Shown piece by piece: positions 53,110 through 63,876 of a stretch of DNA of 64,000 bases; positions within the stretch are counted from its first letter, which is position 1; the number at the start of each line of letters is the position of its first letter. Under the pieces are notes generated by a model. The model did not search any database and was not told the origin of the DNA. It was given only the letters and a program-made list of their open reading frames with translations. This DNA is from an uncultured candidate division Zixibacteria bacterium (GTDB lineage Bacteria > Zixibacteria > MSB-5A5 > GN15 > FEB-12). Position numbers and translations under genes: made by a program. Where the stretch lies: NCBI GenBank assembly GCA_963735035.1, contig CAVTJJ010000003.1, positions 640,001 to 704,000 of the forward strand, read 5' to 3'.

Positions 53110-54841
53110 TCAGAATCGTCGGGTCAACATGAGACGACCGGCCGCCTCGTTGAATTGTGAGGCCTTGGCCCCGCCGCGATTGTGGGTCGATTCCATTTCC
53201 GCGGAAAGTGTCAAGTCGCGGCCGAGAGGATAAGCGAACCTGAGGCTCGGACGAATGGTAGTATTTACGTTGCCGACCGCCACCGCTACCGTTGCTGACG
53301 ACGTCAGCTTCCCGTTGAGCCCGAGATGTCTCGCCGACGCCGAGTAGTTCTGCGTAAATGTTCGCTTACCGGTGCCAATCTGGGTGCTCATCAACCCGGC
53401 CGTAGCCACGGTTTCGAGATTTCGACTTATCGCAATTGTCCCACTCGAAGTGGCCGAGTGCGACTCAAGATCGGAGCTTTGACGAAGCGGGTTCTGATCT
53501 CCCGAAGTCTGAAAGGTGTAGTCGAACGAAAGACTTCTCAATCCGAAACTGCGGTTGAACGAGAAATAGTGGCCTGTGCGCAGCACCCAGCTCGAGAAAT
53601 CGACTCGTCGCACATTCTCCGAAGCATCATTGCTTACTCCGGTGAATATGATTCCCAGCGTGGCGTTCCAGCGAGGACGCAGACGGTGGCTGACCATCGC
53701 GCTCAACCGGGTGCGGTCGGTCGTACTTGATTTCTGGTCAATCAGATTGTCGCTCTGAAGGGCACCGTCGATCTTTACCATGCCTCCCCGATGTCTCGCC
53801 ATGACACCGACCGTGACCTCGCGTTTGTCGGCAATCATCGAGGCGAGTCCAAGCGAAATATATCCGGGGCCGATATAGTGATATCCCGCGCTCACGGTTA
53901 CTTTAGAAATGTCCATACTAATGTCAGTGGTATAAGCATAATCCGCCCGAGTACTCACCCGGGGCGTAAAGATCTTCTTCAGCGATTCCGGGATGTCGGA
54001 GCTTTCCGGTTCAGCGGAACGGCGGTCCCGCGTCAGCGCGCTCACCCCGGCTTCATTGCGCCACCGAAACTTCCTCTTGAACAGCGCCAGATTCGTGACT
54101 GCCGAAACAACCAGATTCTCCTGTGGTGTGACCGACACCGGGTTCTGCTCGGCATCCGAAAACAACGTGTCAGTCACCGACACCGTATCGTGCACATCGG
54201 CAATCGATGACAGCTTGTCCTTGGCGCTGACGAAGTACAGATCGAACCCGGTCCCCCCCTCGCGACCCACGCCGAGCCGCCCTCCGGTGATCTGACGTTC
54301 GTAGGTTCGATTATTGTCCGTGCTGGATACCGACCGTCGCGTCAAACCGGTAATGAACGTTACTTTCATCGCACCCGGCGTCAACAACACCCCGCCCCCT
54401 CGTACCTGCACGCCCCCCATCGTCAGCGGCGTCAAGGCTCTCGCTAAAGTCGCCCAGGTGCGCCTGTCCCCAACGCCACTTGGGATTGAAATCGAGTTGA
54501 TTTATCTGCTGACGCGCCGAATTTCCTTCGGTGGATAACATCACATTGAAATTGGCCGACATGCTGTTCCAGGCGGTCAGGGTCGAGCGAAGATACAGCC
54601 GTCCGGTGCTCTTGGGGCGACGAGCCTCGATACCGGACATGCTGTACAGCTCGCCGAATGTACCAAGCTCACCCTTCAATACGAAAGCCCTGCTCGATCC
54701 GGTCGAACTCGACGACTCCGATTGTGCATTGTCAGACGTCTGAGCCTGAGCGCCCGCCAGGACAGGCATAAAACAAGGCAGGACGATCAGGGCGAGTAGT
54801 ATGAAACGAATATATCGCTTGTGGCAAGCCATGCAGAGCAT
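53110..54841 (-). CDS. Predicted outer-membrane beta-barrel protein, split by a single-base frameshift near 54434-54437
   Basis: Signal peptide in the 5' ORF; the junction reads GDFSESL|TPLTMGG after removing one base (576 aa); amphipathic strands and a terminal Phe. Confidence 0.7.
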
Positions 54842-54847
54842 CCTCGG

Positions 54848-56935
54848 TTAGTCGTACAAGAATGAGACCTCAGCACTCCGGTCGCTTTCAGCGCCGGACT
54901 GATCGACACACGAAACCGAATAGTAATACCGCTCGCCCGCCTTGGCGGAGGCATCGCGATATTCCGTCACGCCCATTGGGACAATCGTCGGTGTAACCGA
55001 CGCGGCGGCATCCTGCTCACCGTGGCGATAGACCCGGTACCCGGCAACCGAAGACTGGTACGTCTTATCCCAATATATTTTGAGCGCCGTTCCCTCGCGG
55101 GTGACTCGTACTCCCCCGGGTGGAAGGGGCACAGCCTCAAAGGCAAAGATGCGAACATTGTGTGACCAGGCCCCAGCGACCTGAGACGTGTTAATCGACT
55201 GGATTCGATACTGATAGGCCGTGCCTTTGCGTACTGTGCTGTCGGTGAACTCACCAGCTTCCCGTCCCAGCGGAACGGTCGTGATCTTTTCCCATTTGAG
55301 ACTGTCACCGTCGAGGGCGCGATAGACATTGTACCCTGAAATCATATTGTCATCAAGGCGCGCCCAAAACAGCCTGGCGCCTGAAACATCGTAGTAACCA
55401 AAGAACGAAGCTGGTGCGCCGGTGGCTTCCTGCTTTTCCGGAGCGGTCGCGGCCGGAAGCGAATATTGACTCGTAATACCCGTGTAGTTGATCGCTTGCG
55501 CCAGATACCAGTATTGACCCCGGGACGACAGATATGCGCTCGTATCGAGATATTCGGTTGTGTCCCTGCCGATCAGCGGCGAGACCTGACTCAACTCGCC
55601 GTTATAGCTGTCGGCGCGAAAGACATAGTATCCTTGGACGTCTACCTCATCGGACTTCACCCACTGTACCCGGATGCCGTTCGTGCGGGACTCCACTTTC
55701 ACGCCCTGCGGCGGAACAGGCGGGAGATAGTTCCCAAACAGCGACACCGAGCGGGGCGATTTCTCCGATTCATTTCCCGCCCGGTCAATCGCGGTCACCC
55801 GATAGAAGTACCGGTCGCTCAGGGTCGTGGACTTATCCTCGTAGTATCCGGTGTCGGCTGGGAGTATCACCGCATTCAAACGCACATAATTGCTGTCGGC
55901 GTCCAGACTTCGATACAGGTTATAACCCGCTACATCGGCGGCTGCAACTTTGTCCCAGGTTACTGTGATTCCGAGATCCGACGGATTCGCAAAGACATTC
56001 TGAGGAATAGGCGGGGCGACTATGTCGGCGCGATTCCAAATCAACTGCGGCGTGCGCGGGCTTTCGTTTCCGGCGAAGTCGACTGAAACCACTGAATAGT
56101 AATAGGTGCGACCCACCTGAGCCGTCGTGTCGATGAACGTCCCGTGCTCCGTCGATCCGCTCTCGTCCGGAAGATATGCCAGTGGCGAACGGTTCAGGCA
56201 TAGATATGCGCCGTTCGAATCGGGGCAACGATACACGGAATAGGTCAGAGCTCCAGAGTCGGCCGGATTTGCGTCCCAAGTAATTTCTATTCCGTTGTCT
56301 TTCGACTTGCCGCCGACCTCGATCGGGCCCACCAGCGGCAGCGACGGGACACCGAAAGTCGCCTGCTGCGGTTCGCTCGGCGCTGATTCCCTTCCGTTCG
56401 CATCCACCATGGTCGCCCGGTATTGATACGTCTTGCCGCGTTCTAGTTTGTTGTCCCAGACGAGCAGCCCAATCGCCTTGCGGAAGTTCTTGCTCAGCAG
56501 AGTCAGCGCCAGGACACTTGAATCGTTATGTTCGATACGTTGCCACAATTCCAGTTTCGAATTGAGCCCGGCGAACTTCTCGAATCCGTCGATAGATCCG
56601 CCCATGGCTTGTTCCAACTCAGCCAACGTGCCAGGACGTGAAATCGGCGCGGAGGTAACTCGAACAAATCCAGTGTCGCCCTGAACCCGACGATAGATAT
56701 GATACCCCACCCAACCGCCGTTATCGGCGGCGCTGTTCGGATGAAGCGTCGGTCCGCCTATGACCAGCAGCATCCCGTTCGGTCCGGACAGGGGAACGAC
56801 CACGAACGACGCCTCAACTTGCGCCAGGCACGGTGCAGCAAGACAGAGCGACGCCAGCACGAGAATCAGCAGCAGTCCAACCGTGGGCCGCGAGAGTGTG
56901 ATCTGATATTGGTAACTCATCTCAATCATCCTCAT
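54848..56935 (-). CDS. Secreted fibronectin type III repeat protein
   Basis: Signal peptide; about six W...GY.(I/V)YR...Y.Y.V.A.D..G.ES repeats. Confidence 0.88.
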   Translation of the reverse strand: MRMIEMSYQYQITLSRPTVGLLLILVLASLCLAAPCLAQVEASFVVVPLSGPNGMLLVIGGPTLHPNSAADNGGWVGYHIYRRVQGDTGFVRVTSAPISRPGTLAELEQAMGGSIDGFEKFAGLNSKLELWQRIEHNDSSVLALTLLSKNFRKAIGLLVWDNKLERGKTYQYRATMVDANGRESAPSEPQQATFGVPSLPLVGPIEVGGKSKDNGIEITWDANPADSGALTYSVYRCPDSNGAYLCLNRSPLAYLPDESGSTEHGTFIDTTAQVGRTYYYSVVSVDFAGNESPRTPQLIWNRADIVAPPIPQNVFANPSDLGITVTWDKVAAADVAGYNLYRSLDADSNYVRLNAVILPADTGYYEDKSTTLSDRYFYRVTAIDRAGNESEKSPRSVSLFGNYLPPVPPQGVKVESRTNGIRVQWVKSDEVDVQGYYVFRADSYNGELSQVSPLIGRDTTEYLDTSAYLSSRGQYWYLAQAINYTGITSQYSLPAATAPEKQEATGAPASFFGYYDVSGARLFWARLDDNMISGYNVYRALDGDSLKWEKITTVPLGREAGEFTDSTVRKGTAYQYRIQSINTSQVAGAWSHNVRIFAFEAVPLPPGGVRVTREGTALKIYWDKTYQSSVAGYRVYRHGEQDAAASVTPTIVPMGVTEYRDASAKAGERYYYSVSCVDQSGAESDRSAEVSFLYD

Positions 56936-56947
56936 TTCCGATTCCCG

Positions 56948-59900
56948 TTAGAAACTGACATCGACGTTCAAGCCGCGCTTGTTGCTGTACTCGACCGCTG
57001 CGTTCATACCGATACATCCCTTGGCGCCGGTCGGTAGCGCAAACACACAGGCGCCGAATATGCGGCAGTAGCATTTCCAGCAGATCGACCAGCAGCCCGC
57101 GTTGGGACATGAGCCGATCGTGCCTTCGAGACTGAAGCTGCCGTTCGCCCCGGCTGCGACTTCGTCATCGCGAACTGTCACGTTCGCCCCGAGAGCAAAC
57201 CGACCGCGCGCCTCGATCAGGTCGAGCGAGAATAGGCCGAGATCGAAGCCGATCCAGGCATAGGCGCTACCCGACATTTGGATCGACCCTGTCACCCCGT
57301 GGTTCCAGTCGATATCGAGTTTCGCGCGCTGCTCCAGATTCAGACCGAACTTGATGACATACCAGTTGGCGTTGTAACCAAACGAACTGCCCACTTCGAT
57401 ATAGATGCCGGTCATTAAACGGGTCTGGCCGTTGTATTGCCATTCCCAGTTGTTGGCGATGACGATTATGCCATCGGCCTTGATAATCTCAATTACGTTG
57501 AGATTGGCCCGGCCGTAGATGTACCAGTAGCGGCCGAACTGAACGCCCAGATCAAGCTGTGCCGATGCCTTCGCCGCCTTGAAGTCCATGGCGAAGACGA
57601 TCGAGCCGGTGACTCTCTCTTCCGGTATGTTGATTTCGAATGTGGCGCGACCGACATTCATGTCGCCGCCCACCTGGACGTTGGCATTGCCCAGGATGAT
57701 GACACCTTTGGGCGTCTTCTGGACTTCAACCAGGATGTCGAGCTTGATCCCCTTGTCCGCCTTGGCCGGCGCTACAATGCCACCGAGGCTGAACTTCCAC
57801 GTATCATCCTTGCGCCCGATGCCACCCGAGGCCTGGACAATTTCAGCCGGACCGATCGGGATTCTCGTGCCCGAGATGATCCGCACCCACCAGTCGGTCG
57901 AGCCACCATAGCGGAACTCCGCTCCAGCGCTGAAGACCGGCCTTACCGCCAACAGCCCCTTCCCCTCGAATACACCGTCGGCGTACGAAACGCGAATGTC
58001 CACACTGGCGGGACCCGCCACGAAACCGAGTGCTATCTCGCGGAACGTTACCGCTCCGTCGAAATAGAATCTTAGGTCGCTCGCCTGCACGTTCAGACCG
58101 TTGATGGCGCCGAACTTCACCCCGCCTGTCAAGCCGATAAACTGTTCCGTCCGGGACGAATCGTAACCGAGCTCAATTGACTCAAGTGTGAGGGTGACTA
58201 CATTCTTGAATGATACCGACTGATTGAACTCCAGCTTGCCGGTGAACCTGCCCTTTTCGGAGTAGCGAAGCTTCATCCCCACCGGCTTGTCGAGAGCGGT
58301 AACTGTGAGCTTGCCCGCGAAGGCGAAATACTTGGTGTGCTCGAGCGTCGTCGACTCGAAGTTCTCAGTGCCAAACTCGAGCGACTCGATCTGGAATTTC
58401 TGGCCGTGGACGTTAATCGTGCCGTTCTTTTCGTCGGCTGTGAGCGTCAGACTGAGGAACTCGCCCTCGGGAGAGATACGCAGATCCTTGAAACCGTACT
58501 CCCGGTTGTCCAGCGCGTTGAGCACGATTGCACCGCTCGCCCGGAACCCGGTCGCCTCCCAGCTCATCGAGCTGTCGACAACAGTAAAGACGCCGAATGG
58601 GATCTTGATCGCGGGCTCAGTCTTGAGGGTGACCGACTTAAGCGTGATCTCGCCGTCGGTGTCGCGACCGATCAGCATCTCCTCAAAACCAACCTTGAAC
58701 TTGGAGCCGAACTCGATTGATCCGAACAGATGCAGGCCGGCCGTATCAACACAACTCTTCGTGTAATCCAGGCCGAGCTTCACCGACTTGATCTGGACCT
58801 GGACTTCCTTGTTGGTCACCGTGATGCCGTACTTGCTCAGGCCACGGTTGACACCACCCGCCCAGAACGACGGCGCATACGACTTCGGAATCTTGAAATC
58901 TATGAACTTCGTCTCGGGAAGGATCTTCGAGATCGGGTCTTTGATCGTCACATCACCGCAGATGCGCCCGGCCTTGACCGAATCCACCCATTCCAGTCGC
59001 AGACCGCCGTCGAACGACATGGAGCCTTCGACCCCAAAGATGTTGATATCAACGGAGGACGTTGTCAGCTTGACCGTATCCGACACCGGACGATAATTTG
59101 ACCCCACTTCCAGGGCGGCGAAATTGAGCGACGTGCCCGGATTCTTCAGTTGGACGCCAAATGTGGCCGGAACATCGATCAGCGCTCCCCAGGCTTTGTT
59201 CTTTCCGTCCGATCCCGCTTGTATCGAATCGAGTGCCACTGCGAAACCGAAGAGCGAATCCATCGGCGACGGTTCCATTTCGATCGCCAGCCCGGTGACC
59301 TTCGCCCCCGCTTCGATACGCTTATCGTGTTTGAGTCGCGCCGTCTTAAACCCGGCTTTACGTGCTATCAGAGTGACCGACTCGCCGGTCGGGACGTTGC
59401 GAAGTTTGAAGACACCATTCAGATCGGTGGTCGCGGTTACTTTATCGTTGCCTTCAATCGTAATCGCTACTTTTTCAATCGGGAGGCCGCCCTCCTTCGC
59501 CTTGACCGTTCCCTCGATCCGCGCCGCCGGCGCCAACTCCACAATCACCGGCGCAGCGTTCAATCCCGGGTAAACGGTCACCTGGGACTCGACCGCCTCA
59601 TAGTCCTGAGCGTAGCTGTCATCCGACGGAGGCATCACCTTGAGCTTTTGCTGCCCGGTCGGAGCCTCGTCAAAATAGGCCACGCCGTCCGCATCGGTGG
59701 TAACCGGGACCGTGTCACCCAGTGTGACCTTCATGTCCTTCAGCCGCTTATCCGCGCTGCCCTTCTCTACGACCCGCACGAACACCTGCCCGATACTTCG
59801 AGCAATGGTCACGGATACCTTCAGCGTATCATTGGCGGTAACTACGACCGTCGTGTCGAGATCGGCGTAACCCAATTTGCGCAACTGCAGATGCACGCTG

Positions 59901-62647
59901 TCGGCAATCGCATCCGAGATCTGCAGCAAGCCATCTTTATTGGTGAAGCCGATAAGCGACGGTATCTCCGGCGATTTGACGCAAACGTCGCTGACACCCT
60001 TCTTATCCTTGTTCGTAACATTCAGCGAGATGAATCCCTTGGCGGCGCTGAGTTCCTCGTCGCGCTGGAACCGGTCACCGTAGTTGACGGCGAACTCCCC
60101 AGTGATTAGAGTAGCGCATCCGGTCTTGGAGAACTTAATGCGATAGACACCGGGCATGAGATTCGCGAAACTGTAGGCGCCGTCGCCCCCCGATTCCATC
60201 CATCCCGCACTGAGATTCCAGGCGGTCCGTCCGTCCGGAAGGGAGTCGATGCGATTCAACTGAACCCGCACACCGCTGAGCTGAGTGCCGGCGGAACTGG
60301 TTACGCGTCCAAAGATAATACCGCCTACCCGGGTCAGTCCGAAATTGACCGTATCAACTTCGTTCTCGGCGTCGATCCGATCCCCCTTTGTAGCCGAGCC
60401 GTAACCCTGGGCCTCGACCCAGACCAAATATCGCTCGGTTACTTGTTCGGGATCATTGATCGGAACATTCGCCAGAGCATAGTTGCCGGTCTGATCGGTC
60501 TGATACATATCGAGCGGCTCGCCGGCCGGCTTCTGATTGGCGGTATTACCCCAGGTCGTATCGACTACCGGAGCCGATCCTCCGCCCGCCGATTCACCCT
60601 CGCCGGAACCGAGCGAGCTCTTCGAATTGCCGGAGCCTCCACCGGACCCCTGATTGCCACTCCGCTGCCGTCGCGTGGCCGGATAGAGATAAACGCTCGC
60701 CCCCTCGACCGGCAGACTGTCGCACAACACACGGCCTACTATACTCCCCGCCTTCGGCTGCAGTAGATGCTCACCCGTATCAGTGGTCTCTCCCGCCGCG
60801 AGCGTAATCGACTCGGGTGACGTATACGGTCTGTAGCGAGCGTCGTTTACAACAATCTTATAGGAATAGCTGAGCGGCGCGGAAGTTGTTACCAGCATCG
60901 GGAGTCTGGCGTTCCCCACATTCATGTACTGGACTTTTACAGTTGCCGCTTTTTCCTGGCTGATCCCCAGAAGGCGGAAGAGTCCACCTCCGTCAGTGTA
61001 CGCGGTCTGTTGGCAGTCGACCGTGATCTCCTGTTGGACCGATCCAACGGTTGCACCCCATAGCTTGGTGGTGATCTGAACCGTTGCGGTGCGCGACAAC
61101 TGCACCAGCGCCCGAGGCACCGGCTTGTAGGTTCCCGCCACGATCGACTTGACCACACCGGTGATAACGCCGGCATTTGGCTTGATCAGGAAGATGTACT
61201 GGTCGATATCTCCCTGTTGGCGCTGATCCGGTCCGATGTCCACCGCCGGGAGATACGACGGCGATTTCTCGGCGCGCAGACTGAAATACGACGAATCCGC
61301 CGCCTGCAGGAATTCGAAACGACCCTCCGCGTCGGTTGTGGCAACCAGCACCTTGCGAGCGACCTCGACATATTGGAACTGGGCGCCGCCGGATGAATCC
61401 GACGTGCGCACTACGTCGACCGCATGGTAAGTCACCGGCGCGTTGGCTACCGGCTCATTACTGAAGAAATCTTTCAACACACCCGCGAGGCGACGGGTCC
61501 CCGGCGAAGCATAGGCAAGACGAACGGTCTTGTTTCTGACATCGCCGTCTTGATACTGCTCCCGCCCGCTCAGAAGCAGGGTGGTGTAATCCTTCCGGCT
61601 GATTTCGAGCGTGTAGAAGCTCTTGTTATAGGCGGAGTCGATTCGGAATGCCCCGGTCGGCCCGGTATAACAAACCGTTGAATCTTCGCCCGCCGTCCAG
61701 GTCGTATCTCCGGCGCTGATGCTTCGAGAGATAGGACGATACACCAGTCGTGCGGAATCCAGCGGGCGGCCGTTTTCGGCGTCAAGCACCTGTCCGGCCA
61801 GCGTGCGAAGTTCCACCGGTGTTGTTGTATCGGCGTCAAACCGGAATGACCAGATCTCACTGCGACCGTCATTGGTCGACGGCGGGTACCCCTTAGAATC
61901 CAATACCTGCACCTGCCAGGCGTACGTGCGATCCTTTACGAATGCCTGAGCATAAATCGGATACTGCAGGCTGGGGTTGCCAATATTCTTGTCTTCAAAT
62001 TGTGGCACATCGGCGGCCAGCGCCTGTGCGGCCGTCTGTCCGGGCAAGACCTCGGCCATCCGAAGATTGTAGTGCACTCCGAAACCTGCTGGAACTTGCA
62101 CCGGCGTCCACTGAAACACCGGAAACTTGCTTAGGACCGCCTCGCCATCGGTGGGATATACCAGATAGGGCGGATCGGGATAGACAATCGTGAATTCAGC
62201 ACACTTGTTGTCGGCCAGGATCGTTCCGTTCTCATCCTCGATCCGAAGACAAGCTTGATAGGTTCCTTCGGGCAGACGTCCCGTGCGAATTGCTATATCT
62301 TCAATGTCGTTGTTGTACTCAATCGAGGGGTCATCGATGATATCGCGGGTCGTGATATTGGACGACGGTCCCGGCGGAAAGTCGAGCATTTTGCTGTTGG
62401 CGCTGGCAATCTGCTGACTTCCTCGGCTGACTGTAAGGTATATGCGCACATGGACCGTATCAGCCAACGGGTTCACAATTAGGGCCTGACCAATACCGGC
62501 GTTGTTCTCCCAATCCGTGAGATATGGCGACGGGTAAGGATCGAATATGAGCGTGGCTTCCCAGCCCCCTTGGGCCAACGTGGAAGACGCTATAAGAAAT
62601 ATGAGCAGGCACAGAAAGAGTGCGCGCAACCTGCCAGCATTACTCAT
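56948..62647 (-). CDS. Giant secreted protein: TANFOR-like/Ig N-terminus, carboxypeptidase-regulatory-like repeats, long beta-rich C-terminus
   Basis: Signal peptide; PYPSPYL.DW, LPEG.Y..C and PP.LVYP.DG..P.FQWTP motifs; repeated G.V......(V/I)..A.V....TD..G.F units; AGGAG SD. Confidence 0.8.
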   Translation of the reverse strand: MSNAGRLRALFLCLLIFLIASSTLAQGGWEATLIFDPYPSPYLTDWENNAGIGQALIVNPLADTVHVRIYLTVSRGSQQIASANSKMLDFPPGPSSNITTRDIIDDPSIEYNNDIEDIAIRTGRLPEGTYQACLRIEDENGTILADNKCAEFTIVYPDPPYLVYPTDGEAVLSKFPVFQWTPVQVPAGFGVHYNLRMAEVLPGQTAAQALAADVPQFEDKNIGNPSLQYPIYAQAFVKDRTYAWQVQVLDSKGYPPSTNDGRSEIWSFRFDADTTTPVELRTLAGQVLDAENGRPLDSARLVYRPISRSISAGDTTWTAGEDSTVCYTGPTGAFRIDSAYNKSFYTLEISRKDYTTLLLSGREQYQDGDVRNKTVRLAYASPGTRRLAGVLKDFFSNEPVANAPVTYHAVDVVRTSDSSGGAQFQYVEVARKVLVATTDAEGRFEFLQAADSSYFSLRAEKSPSYLPAVDIGPDQRQQGDIDQYIFLIKPNAGVITGVVKSIVAGTYKPVPRALVQLSRTATVQITTKLWGATVGSVQQEITVDCQQTAYTDGGGLFRLLGISQEKAATVKVQYMNVGNARLPMLVTTSAPLSYSYKIVVNDARYRPYTSPESITLAAGETTDTGEHLLQPKAGSIVGRVLCDSLPVEGASVYLYPATRRQRSGNQGSGGGSGNSKSSLGSGEGESAGGGSAPVVDTTWGNTANQKPAGEPLDMYQTDQTGNYALANVPINDPEQVTERYLVWVEAQGYGSATKGDRIDAENEVDTVNFGLTRVGGIIFGRVTSSAGTQLSGVRVQLNRIDSLPDGRTAWNLSAGWMESGGDGAYSFANLMPGVYRIKFSKTGCATLITGEFAVNYGDRFQRDEELSAAKGFISLNVTNKDKKGVSDVCVKSPEIPSLIGFTNKDGLLQISDAIADSVHLQLRKLGYADLDTTVVVTANDTLKVSVTIARSIGQVFVRVVEKGSADKRLKDMKVTLGDTVPVTTDADGVAYFDEAPTGQQKLKVMPPSDDSYAQDYEAVESQVTVYPGLNAAPVIVELAPAARIEGTVKAKEGGLPIEKVAITIEGNDKVTATTDLNGVFKLRNVPTGESVTLIARKAGFKTARLKHDKRIEAGAKVTGLAIEMEPSPMDSLFGFAVALDSIQAGSDGKNKAWGALIDVPATFGVQLKNPGTSLNFAALEVGSNYRPVSDTVKLTTSSVDINIFGVEGSMSFDGGLRLEWVDSVKAGRICGDVTIKDPISKILPETKFIDFKIPKSYAPSFWAGGVNRGLSKYGITVTNKEVQVQIKSVKLGLDYTKSCVDTAGLHLFGSIEFGSKFKVGFEEMLIGRDTDGEITLKSVTLKTEPAIKIPFGVFTVVDSSMSWEATGFRASGAIVLNALDNREYGFKDLRISPEGEFLSLTLTADEKNGTINVHGQKFQIESLEFGTENFESTTLEHTKYFAFAGKLTVTALDKPVGMKLRYSEKGRFTGKLEFNQSVSFKNVVTLTLESIELGYDSSRTEQFIGLTGGVKFGAINGLNVQASDLRFYFDGAVTFREIALGFVAGPASVDIRVSYADGVFEGKGLLAVRPVFSAGAEFRYGGSTDWWVRIISGTRIPIGPAEIVQASGGIGRKDDTWKFSLGGIVAPAKADKGIKLDILVEVQKTPKGVIILGNANVQVGGDMNVGRATFEINIPEERVTGSIVFAMDFKAAKASAQLDLGVQFGRYWYIYGRANLNVIEIIKADGIIVIANNWEWQYNGQTRLMTGIYIEVGSSFGYNANWYVIKFGLNLEQRAKLDIDWNHGVTGSIQMSGSAYAWIGFDLGLFSLDLIEARGRFALGANVTVRDDEVAAGANGSFSLEGTIGSCPNAGCWSICWKCYCRIFGACVFALPTGAKGCIGMNAAVEYSNKRGLNVDVSF

Positions 62648-62791
62648 GACCGGTACTCCTTTCGCAGGGCCGATCAGTCTGATTTCAGAAAGCTTGGCGG
62701 AGATCGGGCCTGGGAAGCAGAATCTGTTATGTCATGGATAATATTGGCAACTAACTCAATGCAGTCAATAATAATACAGTGGATGATACTA

Positions 62792-62807
62792 TGCGAAGGT
62801 TGTGCCA
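62792..62807 (-). promoter_or_regulatory. Putative sigma54 -24/-12 promoter
   Basis: Minus strand reads TGGCACAACCTTCGCA (GG-N10-GC), 145 bp upstream of the giant gene. Confidence 0.65.
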
Positions 62808-62840
62808 ATTATGGGAAGACCGGGGTAAAGGACTCTCTCA

Positions 62841-62948
62841 AGTGCCCGGCAGATGCCCACATCTGCCGGCTCGTATTGATGCCGTCGAATTGAGATTTCC
62901 ACGCTACGCTGTCCCGCCTGTTGGTGGGCCATCTCCGCTCGCGATGAC
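62841..62948 (-). repeat. Second copy of the composite repeat at 36997-37112
   Basis: Reverse complement reads GTCATCGCGAGCGGAGATGGCCCACCAACAGGCGGGACAGCGTAGCGTGGAAATCTCAATTCGACGGCATCAATACGAGCCGGCAGATGTGG. Confidence 0.85.
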
Positions 62949-62977
62949 GATTGGACAGGCTTTTAGCAGACACACAA

Positions 62978-63017
62978 CAAAAGAGGCCAGGGAAGCGGTG
63001 ACTTACCCTGGCCTTTG
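62978..63017 (-). terminator. Terminator downstream of the Sel1 gene
   Basis: AGGCCAGGG...CCCTGGCCT stem with an adjacent A run on the plus strand (T run on minus). Confidence 0.6.
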
Positions 63018-63042
63018 CCTCTCGACTATGATAGCCGAACTA

Positions 63043-63876
63043 CTATTTCTTCGCTTTGGCTTGCCATTCCGCAATCAACGGCTCGGCCTGTTTGAGTTGT
63101 TCCTTGGTCAGTTTCTTGCCCAGTTCTACGCATCTCTCCGAATAGGCCTGTTTCTGCTCCAGATTCCAGAAACGGTCTAGCGATGCCGAGTAGAGAGCAT
63201 ATGCCAGAACACTGTCCAGCGGCACGCCCCTGCCGTCGAGATAGCAGTGGCCAAGTCCCCAGATACAATCGGCATCGCCCAGTTCGGCCCCTTTGCGGAA
63301 CCACTTTATCGCCTCTGAATTATCCTGCTCAATTCCCATACCCAAGGAATTCATCATAGCCAGGTGTTGGACGGCCTCCGTATGATTTTGTTCGGCCGCC
63401 AGCCGATACCATTTCATTGCTTCGACCGGATCGGCCTTCACACCGCCCGGGATTCTTTCGCCGGCCTCATATACTAGCCCCACGCTAAACTGACAGTCAG
63501 CGTTTCCCTTTTCCGCGCCGGTTTTCCAATAGTCTATGGCTCGTGGTAAATCCTCCTTGACGCCAGCGGTGTTTGCATAAATGAACCCCAGGTCATACCA
63601 AGCCTGAGTCTTGCCGGCATCTGCGGCCTTTTGCAGCCAATGCAATGCTTCCGTCGCGCCAGAATCAGTGCCCTGTTCGGGAATCAGTTTTTCCCCGAGT
63701 TGAAGCATGGCGTCGGCATTGCCGCCGTTCGCCAGCGTCTTCACTTGCTCCATCGACATGGCCGAGTCGATAACCGGTGAATCATCTGCGGCGGTCGCGA
63801 CTGCCACCAGACTCAACACCAGCGATACGGCCAGTGCGGTTCTCCTGATTCGCGATCCTGTCCGTTTCATAATCAT
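63043..63876 (-). CDS. Secreted Sel1-repeat protein
   Basis: Signal peptide; repeated A...LG..Y..G.GV..D...A..W...AA..G units. Confidence 0.92.
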   Translation of the reverse strand: MIMKRTGSRIRRTALAVSLVLSLVAVATAADDSPVIDSAMSMEQVKTLANGGNADAMLQLGEKLIPEQGTDSGATEALHWLQKAADAGKTQAWYDLGFIYANTAGVKEDLPRAIDYWKTGAEKGNADCQFSVGLVYEAGERIPGGVKADPVEAMKWYRLAAEQNHTEAVQHLAMMNSLGMGIEQDNSEAIKWFRKGAELGDADCIWGLGHCYLDGRGVPLDSVLAYALYSASLDRFWNLEQKQAYSERCVELGKKLTKEQLKQAEPLIAEWQAKAKK

